The notes under the pieces: model-generated | The model's database searches: none | Told to the model about the DNA's origin: nothing | The model's input: the letters and a program-made list of their open reading frames with translations, nothing else | Position numbers and translations under genes: made by a program | Shown here: piece after piece, positions 27,951-37,063 of the stretch | Layout: each line of letters opens with the position of its first letter | How positions within the stretch are numbered: the stretch's first letter is position 1 | From: Minisyncoccota bacterium | Lineage (GTDB): Bacteria; Patescibacteriota; Minisyncoccia; Phycocordibacterales; CSBR16-193 | DNA: 64,000 nt | Assembly: GCA_040905715.1 (NCBI GenBank) | Contig: JBBDRA010000003.1 | Coordinates: 71,075-135,074, forward strand | Reading direction: 5' to 3'

Positions 27951-28826
27951 TTAATCTTTTGTGTGATACCCAAAAAAGGGAGATAGGAAATTATTGATTT
28001 GATCGTTTAAATATTTTATATCATCAGGCTGTAGAGCATCTTTGTAACCGCCCACCTTCCCTTGACGGACTTTATAGCTTTGTTCGTCTTTTGTTTCTCC
28101 TGCGCCAAATCGTCCTTTAATATAAAGTTCACCAGAACGTTCACGTTTTTTCATATTGTCGAATGCTGAAAATGCAATAGCTTGAGTGAGAGCCTCTTCT
28201 TTCAAAGGAAGACCTAATATGTTTATTAGACGGACCATTTCATGATAGGTGTCACTAGACATGTCTTCATAACGAAGCAAGGTAAATGATGCAGGTATTT
28301 TTTGAGCGTTATTCCAGTGGTTAAGAAAGGTAATAAGCTTGCGTATGCCAAACCGATCATCTCGTATGAAATCGCTCAAAGTACCTTCAAATACTTTTTG
28401 ACGATGTGTGCAGTGAAAATAGTAAGAAACCAGTACGTCTCGAGGATCCCGGACAAGCAAAACAACTTTTTTTGTTTCAAAAGCGGTTTTGTCTGCATTT
28501 AACTCTTCAGAAGGTACGTTGATAGGCTGAGCGTACGTGCTTCCATCATGAACAAAAACTATATGTGGTATATCAGAAATTTGGTGACGTAGGTCTGTAA
28601 TGTCTTCTTGGTGGTCGAGCGGTTTACCATGGAGCGCGGCTACGTAGGCGCTGATGATCATTCTGAGCCAACTTCTTCCCGATTTTGGGTAAGATACGAT
28701 CATGACCTCGGCAAATCTGTTGCGATGCATTTCTGGGTATTCTCGAGAAAATGGCCCGCTTCCAAGACCAATGTATTTTGCTGTCCGATACCACTTTTCT
28801 GGATGTAGATATGATCTTATTACCAT
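27951..28826 (-). CDS. Sulfotransferase (PAPS-dependent, Sulfotransfer_1-like)
   Basis: The 5'-PSB motif is 'YPKSGRSWL' and the 3'-PB motif is 'LLVRDPRDVLVSYY'. Confidence 0.7.
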   Translation of the reverse strand: MVIRSYLHPEKWYRTAKYIGLGSGPFSREYPEMHRNRFAEVMIVSYPKSGRSWLRMIISAYVAALHGKPLDHQEDITDLRHQISDIPHIVFVHDGSTYAQPINVPSEELNADKTAFETKKVVLLVRDPRDVLVSYYFHCTHRQKVFEGTLSDFIRDDRFGIRKLITFLNHWNNAQKIPASFTLLRYEDMSSDTYHEMVRLINILGLPLKEEALTQAIAFSAFDNMKKRERSGELYIKGRFGAGETKDEQSYKVRQGKVGGYKDALQPDDIKYLNDQINNFLSPFFGYHTKD

Positions 28827-29554
28827 GTTGTGTATAGTTGAGAAAATACATCTTCCACTTTTGACCTTAGTAGCTCCTCGCTTTCAGAAGGTAAAGCATT
28901 TTTATTGCTACTTCCTCCGTGCCAAGAAGAAAATATATTTGCAAGTCCTGGATCGATAGCTGCAGCATCTTCTTCTGCATTTTCATACCTGATCAGTATG
29001 GGATCCAATTCTTTTTCCTTAAGCAGCAAGTACTCTTCAGCAAGGCCTCTCCAAAGAGTTGAAAATAGAGTTATACCGCCTACTGAATTAACTCCACCAT
29101 AAGGTTCAACTACACTTAAATGACGGTGTGGCTTGGTCCAGCTAACATATGCGTAGAGTGGGTGGCGGATTAGAAAAACAACATCTTGAACATTGTGCCG
29201 ACTAAAGAAATTCATCACCGGCATCATGTTAAATAGGGCGGTTTGACCGTGTTCTTTTACATAGCCAAGGTAGTTGACCAAGTTTTCATCAATCGTTTTG
29301 TCCAAGACAAGTTGAAATCCTGATCGTTTGTAGAAGGTTGCGCAAGATGTTTCGTTAGGGTATTCCTCATATCCGTTGATTACTTGTCGAGCATTATATT
29401 CAGGCAAATTTTGATCTGCTGACATATATTGCCTGGGCACGAAGCTCGTGTCAGGCTTTGAAGAGTGGAATGCCCCATAACCGCTTTTTGGAATAAGGGT
29501 ATTCAGTGCGCTTGACCCAGAGCCTCCTCGTGAGCAAAAAAAGTGATACCTCAT
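28820..29554 (-). CDS. Sulfotransferase-domain protein (Sulfotransfer_3/Stf0-like), tentative
   Basis: It has an N-terminal P-loop-like 'FFCSRGGSGSSAL' and 'VVFLIRHPLYAYVSW' resembling a 3'-PB. Its start overlaps the upstream sulfotransferase stop. Confidence 0.4.
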   Translation of the reverse strand: MRYHFFCSRGGSGSSALNTLIPKSGYGAFHSSKPDTSFVPRQYMSADQNLPEYNARQVINGYEEYPNETSCATFYKRSGFQLVLDKTIDENLVNYLGYVKEHGQTALFNMMPVMNFFSRHNVQDVVFLIRHPLYAYVSWTKPHRHLSVVEPYGGVNSVGGITLFSTLWRGLAEEYLLLKEKELDPILIRYENAEEDAAAIDPGLANIFSSWHGGSSNKNALPSESEELLRSKVEDVFSQLYTTW

Positions 29555-29564
29555 GATGATAGTA

Positions 29565-30173
29565 TTAGCGACGTTTAAAAATAGATAGTTGTCCAGTATT
29601 TGTATCTTGATTCATTACTGGGATCTGGTCAAACTCTGAGTCGATCATTGCTCTTGGAAGAAGGTCGTTCGTTCGTATTGCCAAGTATGTTTTCGTGCGT
29701 TTAATAATATTTTGAAGTGTGTTTTTAGCATCCTGTTCATTAAGATGATGAAAAACACCAAGGAAAAGAACTATATCATAGGAAGGAAGAAGTAAATCGG
29801 CATTTTCATGTTCAAATTTTCCCCAATCATTGATGTCCGCCTGTCGAAATTCAAAAGAAAGATTATCTTTCTCTTTTTCAAATAACTCATTGGCAAGTGT
29901 TATTGAAATATCTTGGATGTCGAATCCATGGATGAGACGTATACCTTTTTTGAAAAACTCATATGAAATTAAACCTTCTGCGCACCCAAGATCGAGCAGC
30001 GTCGCGTTTTTGCAGATTGTCGTAGTCGCGATTTCTTCAAGTCCACGAAATCGTGTTGAAATATCAACACCTTCTCTTCTTCCTTGTGTATTTAAAACAG
30101 TACTTTTGAAGTAGGGTTGATCACTTTCTTTACTGTAGCCCTTTACGGATTGTTTTCTTTTAAAAAAAATCAT
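29565..30173 (-). CDS. Class I SAM-dependent methyltransferase
   Basis: It has motif I 'LLDLGCAEG' and motif post-I 'HGFDI'. Confidence 0.6.
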   Translation of the reverse strand: MIFFKRKQSVKGYSKESDQPYFKSTVLNTQGRREGVDISTRFRGLEEIATTTICKNATLLDLGCAEGLISYEFFKKGIRLIHGFDIQDISITLANELFEKEKDNLSFEFRQADINDWGKFEHENADLLLPSYDIVLFLGVFHHLNEQDAKNTLQNIIKRTKTYLAIRTNDLLPRAMIDSEFDQIPVMNQDTNTGQLSIFKRR

Positions 30174-30268
30174 GAGCTTTTCTTAGGGTGCTATTGCAGG
30201 AAGCAGAATTATCTTAGATTCTAACCACAATACCATATACTCTTTGTTTTTAGAGTATGGCGTGGTTG

Positions 30269-31114
30269 TTATTTGAGCATGTTGTTAATTTTATACCAAA
30301 GTCGGCTTGTATAGTAGAAAATAGTAAGAAGAGCTGCTAGTAAATAACTCCACATAACGTGCCCTAAGCGTGTCAGTATATTGTTTGAGGAGGTGTTTGG
30401 TGCAAGGATGCCCGTTGAGTTATTAACAGTGATTCCGTTAAAAGTAAGTGGTTTTGGTAGATGTGCTTCGTGATGTGGGTACTGAGGTATTAGTTTGGCA
30501 AGGTTCAACACCCCTTTTTCATCTGGCAGCTTAACATCATGTGTCGTTAGTGTTGTAGAAGAATGTGTGTGCTGTGCGATCGAGTGCAGCGTAGGCCGAT
30601 TGATCGATCCATCAATAAAACAGAAGTCTATCTGTGTGTCTCTAGGTAAATTATCGATAGCCTTTTCGCTCGGTGCGTTAACGAAGGTAATAAATTTATC
30701 GTAACTTGAACCTAGTGCATAATAGATATTTATGTCACAGGTGTATATATGACCAGCACCGTTCTTTTTGAGTGCTTCAGCCATAAACATTGAACTCGTA
30801 CCGATCCATGTACCGATCTCAAAAATAATGTTTGGTTTAAGTTCTCGCACTAATAAATAAAGATAAATACAATCTGATAAACCGGTTGATCCAGCGATGG
30901 TTCCGTTTGGGGTTCGCCTGATAGTTGGGAGTTCTTCTTTGGGGGTTGCGTGTAGATTCTGGTGAATCTTTTGAAATTCAGGCATACGTTCTAGTACTTC
31001 TTCGGCATATGTTTCCCATAAATGGGACGGCATTACGTTTTTATCCATAATGTATTTATAGTTTAAGATGCCCGAAAAGTGATCCGGTGTCATACGCCAG
31101 TATACCTTTTTCAT
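30269..31114 (-). CDS. Class I SAM-dependent methyltransferase (Methyltransf_24-like) with a C-terminal TM helix
   Basis: It carries 'IIFEIGTWIGTSSMFMAEAL' and 'DFCFIDG'. The ORF overlaps the upstream GT-D gene by 59 nt, so the true start is probably a downstream Met at about 31093 or 31048. Confidence 0.5.
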   Translation of the reverse strand: MKKVYWRMTPDHFSGILNYKYIMDKNVMPSHLWETYAEEVLERMPEFQKIHQNLHATPKEELPTIRRTPNGTIAGSTGLSDCIYLYLLVRELKPNIIFEIGTWIGTSSMFMAEALKKNGAGHIYTCDINIYYALGSSYDKFITFVNAPSEKAIDNLPRDTQIDFCFIDGSINRPTLHSIAQHTHSSTTLTTHDVKLPDEKGVLNLAKLIPQYPHHEAHLPKPLTFNGITVNNSTGILAPNTSSNNILTRLGHVMWSYLLAALLTIFYYTSRLWYKINNMLK

Positions 31115-31805
31115 TCAGCTCTGCCGCAAGAATTGTTGCAGTAACTCCACCAGAAATTGCAATGAGGGGGTTTTTAAATTGATTGGCTTCATTTGTGATC
31201 TTTTTAAGTAGTGTGTGATAGTACTTGTAGGTGTTGTGGGATGGAATGGGAATTGAGGTTGCTGGTGAAATGTGCTTGGCTACATCCTGCCCGCTGCCTA
31301 CATAAATGACATCTCTTTCCTTAAATAAGGAAAGAACAAGTTCTTTATATTCTTCGGGGTTATCGTCTATTACATCTTGTAAGCGAAAGCAGAAAGGTGA
31401 CCCGTACACAGCGCCTTTCTTGAGAAGAGGTAACGCAGCGTATTTCGGGGCTCGCCAGTTTTCCGGTGTGCTGTTGCGCTCAGCGTAGTTCTTGGTCAAG
31501 AGAAGATCAAGTGGGACTGCCAAAAGATAGGTTTTTGGTCCGGCGTAGCCTGCAAGAACGTTAGTCAACTTTCTTTTGAGCGTTGCGTTTTGCGTTTGAT
31601 GTACGGCGGGATAACCGACGGTATAGTTAAGCTCGCCGTCACCGTATCGGACGATGCCGACGTTGCTATTTTTGATGTATTCAATTGTCTCGCGGTCTGA
31701 GAGAAACCGAAAATCTTCAAGAGAAGCGTTGAGTTTGAATGGATTGCATGCAAGCCGTGCGGCAATTCTTGACCAAACCTTCAGTTTTCGGATCTTTTTG
31801 TTCAT
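31056..31805 (-). CDS. GT-D type glycosyltransferase (DUF1792 family)
   Basis: The N-terminal 'VRYGDGELNY' matches the DUF1792 '(R/K)(F/Y)GDGE' signature of GtfC/dGT1-type GT-D enzymes. Confidence 0.5.
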   Translation of the reverse strand: MNKKIRKLKVWSRIAARLACNPFKLNASLEDFRFLSDRETIEYIKNSNVGIVRYGDGELNYTVGYPAVHQTQNATLKRKLTNVLAGYAGPKTYLLAVPLDLLLTKNYAERNSTPENWRAPKYAALPLLKKGAVYGSPFCFRLQDVIDDNPEEYKELVLSLFKERDVIYVGSGQDVAKHISPATSIPIPSHNTYKYYHTLLKKITNEANQFKNPLIAISGGVTATILAAELNEKGILAYDTGSLFGHLKL

Positions 31806-32689
31806 ACGTGTTTCCAGTGAGAGAGGTCTCTGTTGGTCAGACGCTCGAGTTTCTCGATGTCTGTATAAAAGTATTCTACCAGTTCTTGTTTGAACGTGTC
31901 TGAGAGAGGCTTCGCTCCGCCGATGAGTTTCTGGACGAACGGAAGGTTCCGTAGGCTGCGGCGGATGCCGAGTGCTTTCTTAAGTCGGCCAGCCAATTTT
32001 ATAAGCCGGCGAGCAAGAGGTGAGCGAGTTGCTTTCCTGCGGTGAATAACCGGGAAGTCGTTTCTGCCGTCGTCCTCAACACCGAGAAACGAGAGGGTTT
32101 TTTGGTAGACGGCTTTCGGGTCTTTCTTGAGGTCGTCGTAGAAGATAACAAGTACTCGGTCTTCTCCTGCTTGCTTAAATACACGTTCGAGCTGCTCGCC
32201 GGTCCGGCAGATCTCGCCGTAGCGAAGTTCACCGTTGTTGGTATCACCGGGTTGGCGCGGCTTTTTGGTGTCTATTTGCTTATGTTTTTCCCACGCTTCT
32301 TCCGGAGCATGTGCTTGCTCAGATCCTTCATAGACACGTTGCCAGTAGAGAGACTCGAACATCTCTATCGGATTGCGGAGCATTACGATAAACCGGGTGT
32401 CGGGATTATGTTCAAGAATGTTTGGAATAGCTTCCGGGGTCCGTAGAAGTCGTGTCGGTGCTCCGCCGAGAGCCGTGTGCCCGGCGGCGCCGGCGAATGC
32501 CTGAGCAAGATATTCCTCGCGTGTGCGGTATTTGTCTCGGGCGCGAGAATAGGCGGTGTAGTACTCAGCCTCTTTTGGTTCCGATACGAATATATCCGGA
32601 TGATCGCGTAGGTACTCGGAAAGCGCGGTGGTGCCGCATTTTGGCGCGCCGAGAATAAAGAAGGTGGGCTGTGGTGTGTTCGTGAACAT
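31802..32689 (-). CDS. Sulfotransferase (PAPS-dependent)
   Basis: The 5'-PSB is 'ILGAPKCGTTALSEYL' and the 3'-PB is 'IVMLRNPIEMFESLY'. The coding sequence is GC-rich relative to neighbours. Confidence 0.7.
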   Translation of the reverse strand: MFTNTPQPTFFILGAPKCGTTALSEYLRDHPDIFVSEPKEAEYYTAYSRARDKYRTREEYLAQAFAGAAGHTALGGAPTRLLRTPEAIPNILEHNPDTRFIVMLRNPIEMFESLYWQRVYEGSEQAHAPEEAWEKHKQIDTKKPRQPGDTNNGELRYGEICRTGEQLERVFKQAGEDRVLVIFYDDLKKDPKAVYQKTLSFLGVEDDGRNDFPVIHRRKATRSPLARRLIKLAGRLKKALGIRRSLRNLPFVQKLIGGAKPLSDTFKQELVEYFYTDIEKLERLTNRDLSHWKHV

Positions 32690-32692
32690 TTC

Positions 32693-33418
32693 TTATACAC
32701 GCTTGAGCTTCTGTTTGAGCGATCGCTTCCATCGGCGAAAGTAACCGATCAGGACGCGTTTGTTTTGGAACACTTTTTTGAGAAAGAGCCGCGCTCTGTT
32801 TTCAAGACGGTCCAGTTGTGTATTCCGATCTACTTTTTGAGCGTATACGGTTGAGCTGGCGATACGCGGCTTTTTGAAGTGAGGAGACCGATATACGGTT
32901 TCGTCGACAAGGCGAGAGACGCCTTCCCAAGTAAGAGCGTCGTGAAAGGCAACAATGCCGCCGACGGCAACTTTGGGAAACCACAACTCAAGATCCTCTT
33001 TGGCAGATTCGTAGGAATGATCGCCGTCGATAAAAAGCAGTCCGATCGTTTGGTTGTAGGTGCCGGCGAAGGTCTCGGCGGCTTCGGCCGAGGTCGATAC
33101 GATCGGTGTTACACTCTGAGCAACACCGTGCTTTTCCAGATTATTTTTAAATTCATCAAACGTCCATACCTGGCCGAACAGTTGTTGGTGTTCCTTGGAT
33201 CCGGTGTGTGGATCGATCGCGTACACCCGCGCGCTGTTTCCCTCGGTTGACCCCGAAGCCAGACAGAGTGTCGAGCGTCCCTTCCAGGAGCCGATCTCGA
33301 CAATAGCCATATCACTTGGGCACGCTTGAGCAAGTGTATAGAGAACCGCTCCTTCTTTGTCGGTTAGCCAGCCGTCAATAGACCGCATCGACCGGAGTGT
33401 TGTAGCAAGATTAATCAT
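32693..33418 (-). CDS. Class I SAM-dependent methyltransferase (Methyltransf_24-like)
   Basis: It carries 'IVEIGSWKGRSTLCLASG' and 'LLFIDGDHSYE'. Confidence 0.55.
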   Translation of the reverse strand: MINLATTLRSMRSIDGWLTDKEGAVLYTLAQACPSDMAIVEIGSWKGRSTLCLASGSTEGNSARVYAIDPHTGSKEHQQLFGQVWTFDEFKNNLEKHGVAQSVTPIVSTSAEAAETFAGTYNQTIGLLFIDGDHSYESAKEDLELWFPKVAVGGIVAFHDALTWEGVSRLVDETVYRSPHFKKPRIASSTVYAQKVDRNTQLDRLENRARLFLKKVFQNKRVLIGYFRRWKRSLKQKLKRV

Positions 33419-33473
33419 GATGGTATACGATCATATGTATGCGAGAATGAGTACAGGCTGATCTATAGTATAG

Positions 33474-34745
33474 ATGCAAGCAGTGTATAATTTTTCTATG
33501 GTTAGAGCAAAAGAACGATTGAAGCATTTATTGCGCTGGAGCGAGCAATATACGAAAACCGATATGATCTACGCGGCTCGGGGCGGGTTTTGGTTAACCG
33601 TGGGTAAAATCGTTCTCTCCGCCACCTCGTTTGCTACGATGGTGGTGTTTGCCAATCTGCTTCCGGCTGAAATATACGGTAACTATCAGTTCGTGCTTGC
33701 TACGGTAAGCGTACTGACCATTTTTTCACTGCCGGGTATTAAGAACGCCCTGGTGCGTAGTGTGGCTCGGGGAGATGAAGGATCATTCCTCACGGCGTTC
33801 TGGGTGAGAATGAAATGGTCAGTGCTTACAAGTATTGCGTTGGGTTGTGTCGGGCTTTGGTATTTTTGGAATGAGGATGTTCTTCTTCTCGCGGCTTTTC
33901 TCGTCGCAGCCTTTTTGTTCCCACTGCGAATGGCTGAACCAACGACTGAGCAGTTTTGGCAAGGGAGAAAACAGTTCAATATACAGATAGCGACACATTT
34001 GATCGTGACCTTTGCTTCAGCGGTGGCCGTTATGGCGACACTGTGGGTAACCGATAATCTTGTCTACATCCTTCTGGCTTTCTTTGGAGTTCAGGCGGTA
34101 TTCGGGATTGGTGTGTATCTATTTACGATGTCTCGGTTGCGCAACCACCGCGTTGATAAAGATATGGTCTCTTACGGCAAGTCGTTGACGGTCATGAGTG
34201 TCATAGGGACAGCTGCAGACCATTTAGATAAAATACTCCTGTTTGCGTTTCTCCCCCCGGCCCATCTCGCGGTGTATTCTTTTGCGATCGATCCGGTAAA
34301 AAAGGTGAAGGGATTTTTCTCGATCAAAGAGCTTGCTCTCCCTAAACTCAGTCAGCACGGAGTTGCCGGTGAGGCTCGAAAGAAAAAAGTGTTTTATAAG
34401 ACGCTTCGATTGTTCGCGGTATCAGTGCCGGCGGCGTTTTTGCTTGCGGTAAGCGCGCCGTATATCTATGAGTTCATATTTCCTCAGTACGTTGAGTCAG
34501 TTGTATATTTTCAGGCATTGACCGTTCTTGTTGCATTCACGCCATTTGCCATCTTTGGCGCGTCACTTCTGGCGGAGATGAAAACAACCTCACAATACAT
34601 ACTTCAGATCACGGTGCCTTCGCTTAAGATACTTTTCTTTTTTGTCCTTATACCGCTGTGGGGCATCTGGGGGGTCGTCTTTGCTATTGTTGTAGCTGAA
34701 ATAGTGCGAGGAGTGTTAGTGACGTTCTTGTACTGGCGGATGTGA
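33474..34745 (+). CDS. Oligosaccharide/polysaccharide flippase (Wzx, MOP superfamily)
   Basis: It has 12 predicted TM helices and a Polysacc_synt-like N-terminus ('AARGGFWLTVGKIVLSATSFATMVVFANLL'). The start may be the ATG at 33498. Confidence 0.65.
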   Translation: MQAVYNFSMVRAKERLKHLLRWSEQYTKTDMIYAARGGFWLTVGKIVLSATSFATMVVFANLLPAEIYGNYQFVLATVSVLTIFSLPGIKNALVRSVARGDEGSFLTAFWVRMKWSVLTSIALGCVGLWYFWNEDVLLLAAFLVAAFLFPLRMAEPTTEQFWQGRKQFNIQIATHLIVTFASAVAVMATLWVTDNLVYILLAFFGVQAVFGIGVYLFTMSRLRNHRVDKDMVSYGKSLTVMSVIGTAADHLDKILLFAFLPPAHLAVYSFAIDPVKKVKGFFSIKELALPKLSQHGVAGEARKKKVFYKTLRLFAVSVPAAFLLAVSAPYIYEFIFPQYVESVVYFQALTVLVAFTPFAIFGASLLAEMKTTSQYILQITVPSLKILFFFVLIPLWGIWGVVFAIVVAEIVRGVLVTFLYWRM

Positions 34746-34799
34746 TCGCTGAATAAATAACAGGTGCAGTGGTGTATACAGTATGTTATCTGATATAGT

Positions 34800-37052
34800 G
34801 TGCGATATATGAAAGACGTGAATGACATTATTCGGTATGCGGTCATCGGACTGGTAATGCTGGTGCCGGCCGTGGCGCTTATTGTTGCCAACGATCTGTT
34901 CTTTCCGTACATCACCGGAAAGAACATTATGTTTCGGGTGTTGGTAAGTCTGGCACTTGCCGGCTGGCTCTTGCTCGCTGCTGCGGATCCACGGTATCGA
35001 CCGCATCGCTCACCGATGCTGTATGCGCTTTTACTATTTGTGCTGGTTGTGGGGCTGGCTGATCTATTCGGTATAAGTCCCGCCCAAAGCTTGTGGTCGA
35101 ACTTTGAGCGAATGGAGGGCTTCGTTACGATACTTCACCTGCTCGCGTTCTTTGTCGTAGCAAGTTCTGTTCTGACAACCGAGCGATTGTGGAGCTGGTT
35201 TTTTCACATATCTATTGGCATCTCGGTCATTGTCGGACTGCATGCTCTAGGAGGTGATTCGGTACGAGCAAGTAACCTGCTCGGAAACTCGATCTACGTG
35301 GCGATCTACATGCTCTTCCATGCTTTCCTGGCGTGCTTGTTCTTGGTGCGGACGTGGGGGAAGCATATCGGATACACGATCAGCTACGGCGCGATCATTG
35401 CGTTTTTGATATTGATCATGATGCTGACCGATACGCGAGGTACCATGCTCGGACTTCTCGTGGGCTTTGGTGTAATGGCGCTTATAGTTGCTGTTCTTGG
35501 GAGGGGATATCCGGCACTTCGTAAGATCGCTCTTGGGGTGGTTGCACTCGGTTTGATCACTGCGATCGGATTTGCTTCGGTTCTGACTATAAACAATGCG
35601 TATCCTGACGTTGCTGAGGAGAATAGTTTTGTGCAAGCAGTAAATGATGTGCCGGTGATCGGTACGCTCGCGTCGATCAATCTTACCGGGGTCAATAGCG
35701 GTACAACCCGTCTCTACATTTGGGGAATCGCTCTGCAGGGTCTGGAAGAGCGTCCGGTGCTTGGTTGGGGGCAGGAGAACTTTGGTGTGGTGTTCGATAA
35801 AAACTATGACCCGATCCTCGCTACTCGTGAGCAGTGGTTCGATCGCGCTCACAATACGTTCGTCGACTGGCTTTCGGCGGCCGGTATTCTTGGTCTGCTC
35901 ACGTATGTCTCACTGTACGGGGTATTACTCTGGCTTATCTGGAGAGACCCGAGTGAGAACTGGCCGTTTCTCGAGAAGGTGGTGTTGACCGGTATGGTCG
36001 TGGCGTATGCGGTACATAATCTATTCGTGTTCGACAGTATCACGAGCTATATTCTGTTCTTTGTGGTGATGGCGTATGTCGCTCGACAGACTGCTTCGGA
36101 TGATCGGCGCGTGCTTGCCGCTTTGCCGGCGGTAAATATGCCGGTGTACAGTGTTGTTGCATCACTCGCGCTGGTGGGGGTCATCGCTTCGATCTATATG
36201 ACGGCATACCGGCCGTATGTAGCGAGCAATGAGCTTTTAACCGGACTTCGTAATGTGGCAATGGATCAATACGAAAGTGGACTTCCGCATTTTGAGAACG
36301 CTCTGGCGTACGCAGAAAGAGGAATTGGTTCTCAGGAGATACGCGAACAGATCGCTCAGACAGCAGCGGATCTAATAAATCAGGACGTAGACCCGTCGAT
36401 CACCCAAGGGTATGTTGAGTTAGGAGATTCGGAACTTGAAAAACACGCCGAGAGTTTTCCTCACGATACGAGGCCGTATGTTGTGTGGGGGCAAATGCTG
36501 ACAGAGGCCGGTCAGTTTGAGTTGGCGGAAGAGAGGCTGCTTTCGGGACTGGAAACATCGCCACACAAACAGATGATCATGTTTCAGTTAATGAGCATTC
36601 ATGTTGAGCAAGGACAGTACGAGGAAGCGGTAGAGTGGAGCAAGCGGGCATTCGAGTTGAATCCGGATTATGATCAGGCGCGTATTCGCTACGCGATCGC
36701 GTTGCGATATGCCGGGGAAATGGAGCAGGCAGAAGAAGTGCTTGAGCCGCTCGGAGAATCCGCTCTTTTTAGTGATCAGCTTCTGGGGCCGTACCTGGCA
36801 AGAGGCGAGTATGAAGAGCTTATAGCGGTACGCCGACAGCGTGTTGAGATACTCAATGAACGCCTAGAAGCAAGTGAGGATCCCTCAGTTCTTGAACAGG
36901 TCGCGCAGGAGCGAGTGTTGATCGCTGTGACCTATTACGAGATGGGGGACTCAGAGCGAGCGATCCAAGAGTTTGAAAGTATAAAGGCGGACTACCCGAA
37001 CTTTGCCTCGCAGATCGACTCGTACATCGAACGAATTCAGGAGGAACGGTAA
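34800..37052 (+). CDS. O-antigen ligase/polymerase-like (Wzy_C) polytopic membrane protein fused to C-terminal TPR repeats
   Basis: The multi-TM N-terminal 420 aa contain a 'WFDRAHNTFVDWLSAAGILGLL' Wzy_C-like motif. The C-terminal ~300 aa are TPR-like ('AVEWSKRAFELNPDYDQARIRYAIALRYAGE'). Confidence 0.5.
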   Translation: MRYMKDVNDIIRYAVIGLVMLVPAVALIVANDLFFPYITGKNIMFRVLVSLALAGWLLLAAADPRYRPHRSPMLYALLLFVLVVGLADLFGISPAQSLWSNFERMEGFVTILHLLAFFVVASSVLTTERLWSWFFHISIGISVIVGLHALGGDSVRASNLLGNSIYVAIYMLFHAFLACLFLVRTWGKHIGYTISYGAIIAFLILIMMLTDTRGTMLGLLVGFGVMALIVAVLGRGYPALRKIALGVVALGLITAIGFASVLTINNAYPDVAEENSFVQAVNDVPVIGTLASINLTGVNSGTTRLYIWGIALQGLEERPVLGWGQENFGVVFDKNYDPILATREQWFDRAHNTFVDWLSAAGILGLLTYVSLYGVLLWLIWRDPSENWPFLEKVVLTGMVVAYAVHNLFVFDSITSYILFFVVMAYVARQTASDDRRVLAALPAVNMPVYSVVASLALVGVIASIYMTAYRPYVASNELLTGLRNVAMDQYESGLPHFENALAYAERGIGSQEIREQIAQTAADLINQDVDPSITQGYVELGDSELEKHAESFPHDTRPYVVWGQMLTEAGQFELAEERLLSGLETSPHKQMIMFQLMSIHVEQGQYEEAVEWSKRAFELNPDYDQARIRYAIALRYAGEMEQAEEVLEPLGESALFSDQLLGPYLARGEYEELIAVRRQRVEILNERLEASEDPSVLEQVAQERVLIAVTYYEMGDSERAIQEFESIKADYPNFASQIDSYIERIQEER

Positions 37053-37063
37053 TACACTTCTTA

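Noticed and set aside
35247-35852. 201-aa minus-strand ORF inside the Wzy-like/TPR gene.
   Set aside because: It is antisense to a long membrane-protein ORF with consistent TM periodicity, and no start or terminator context supports it.
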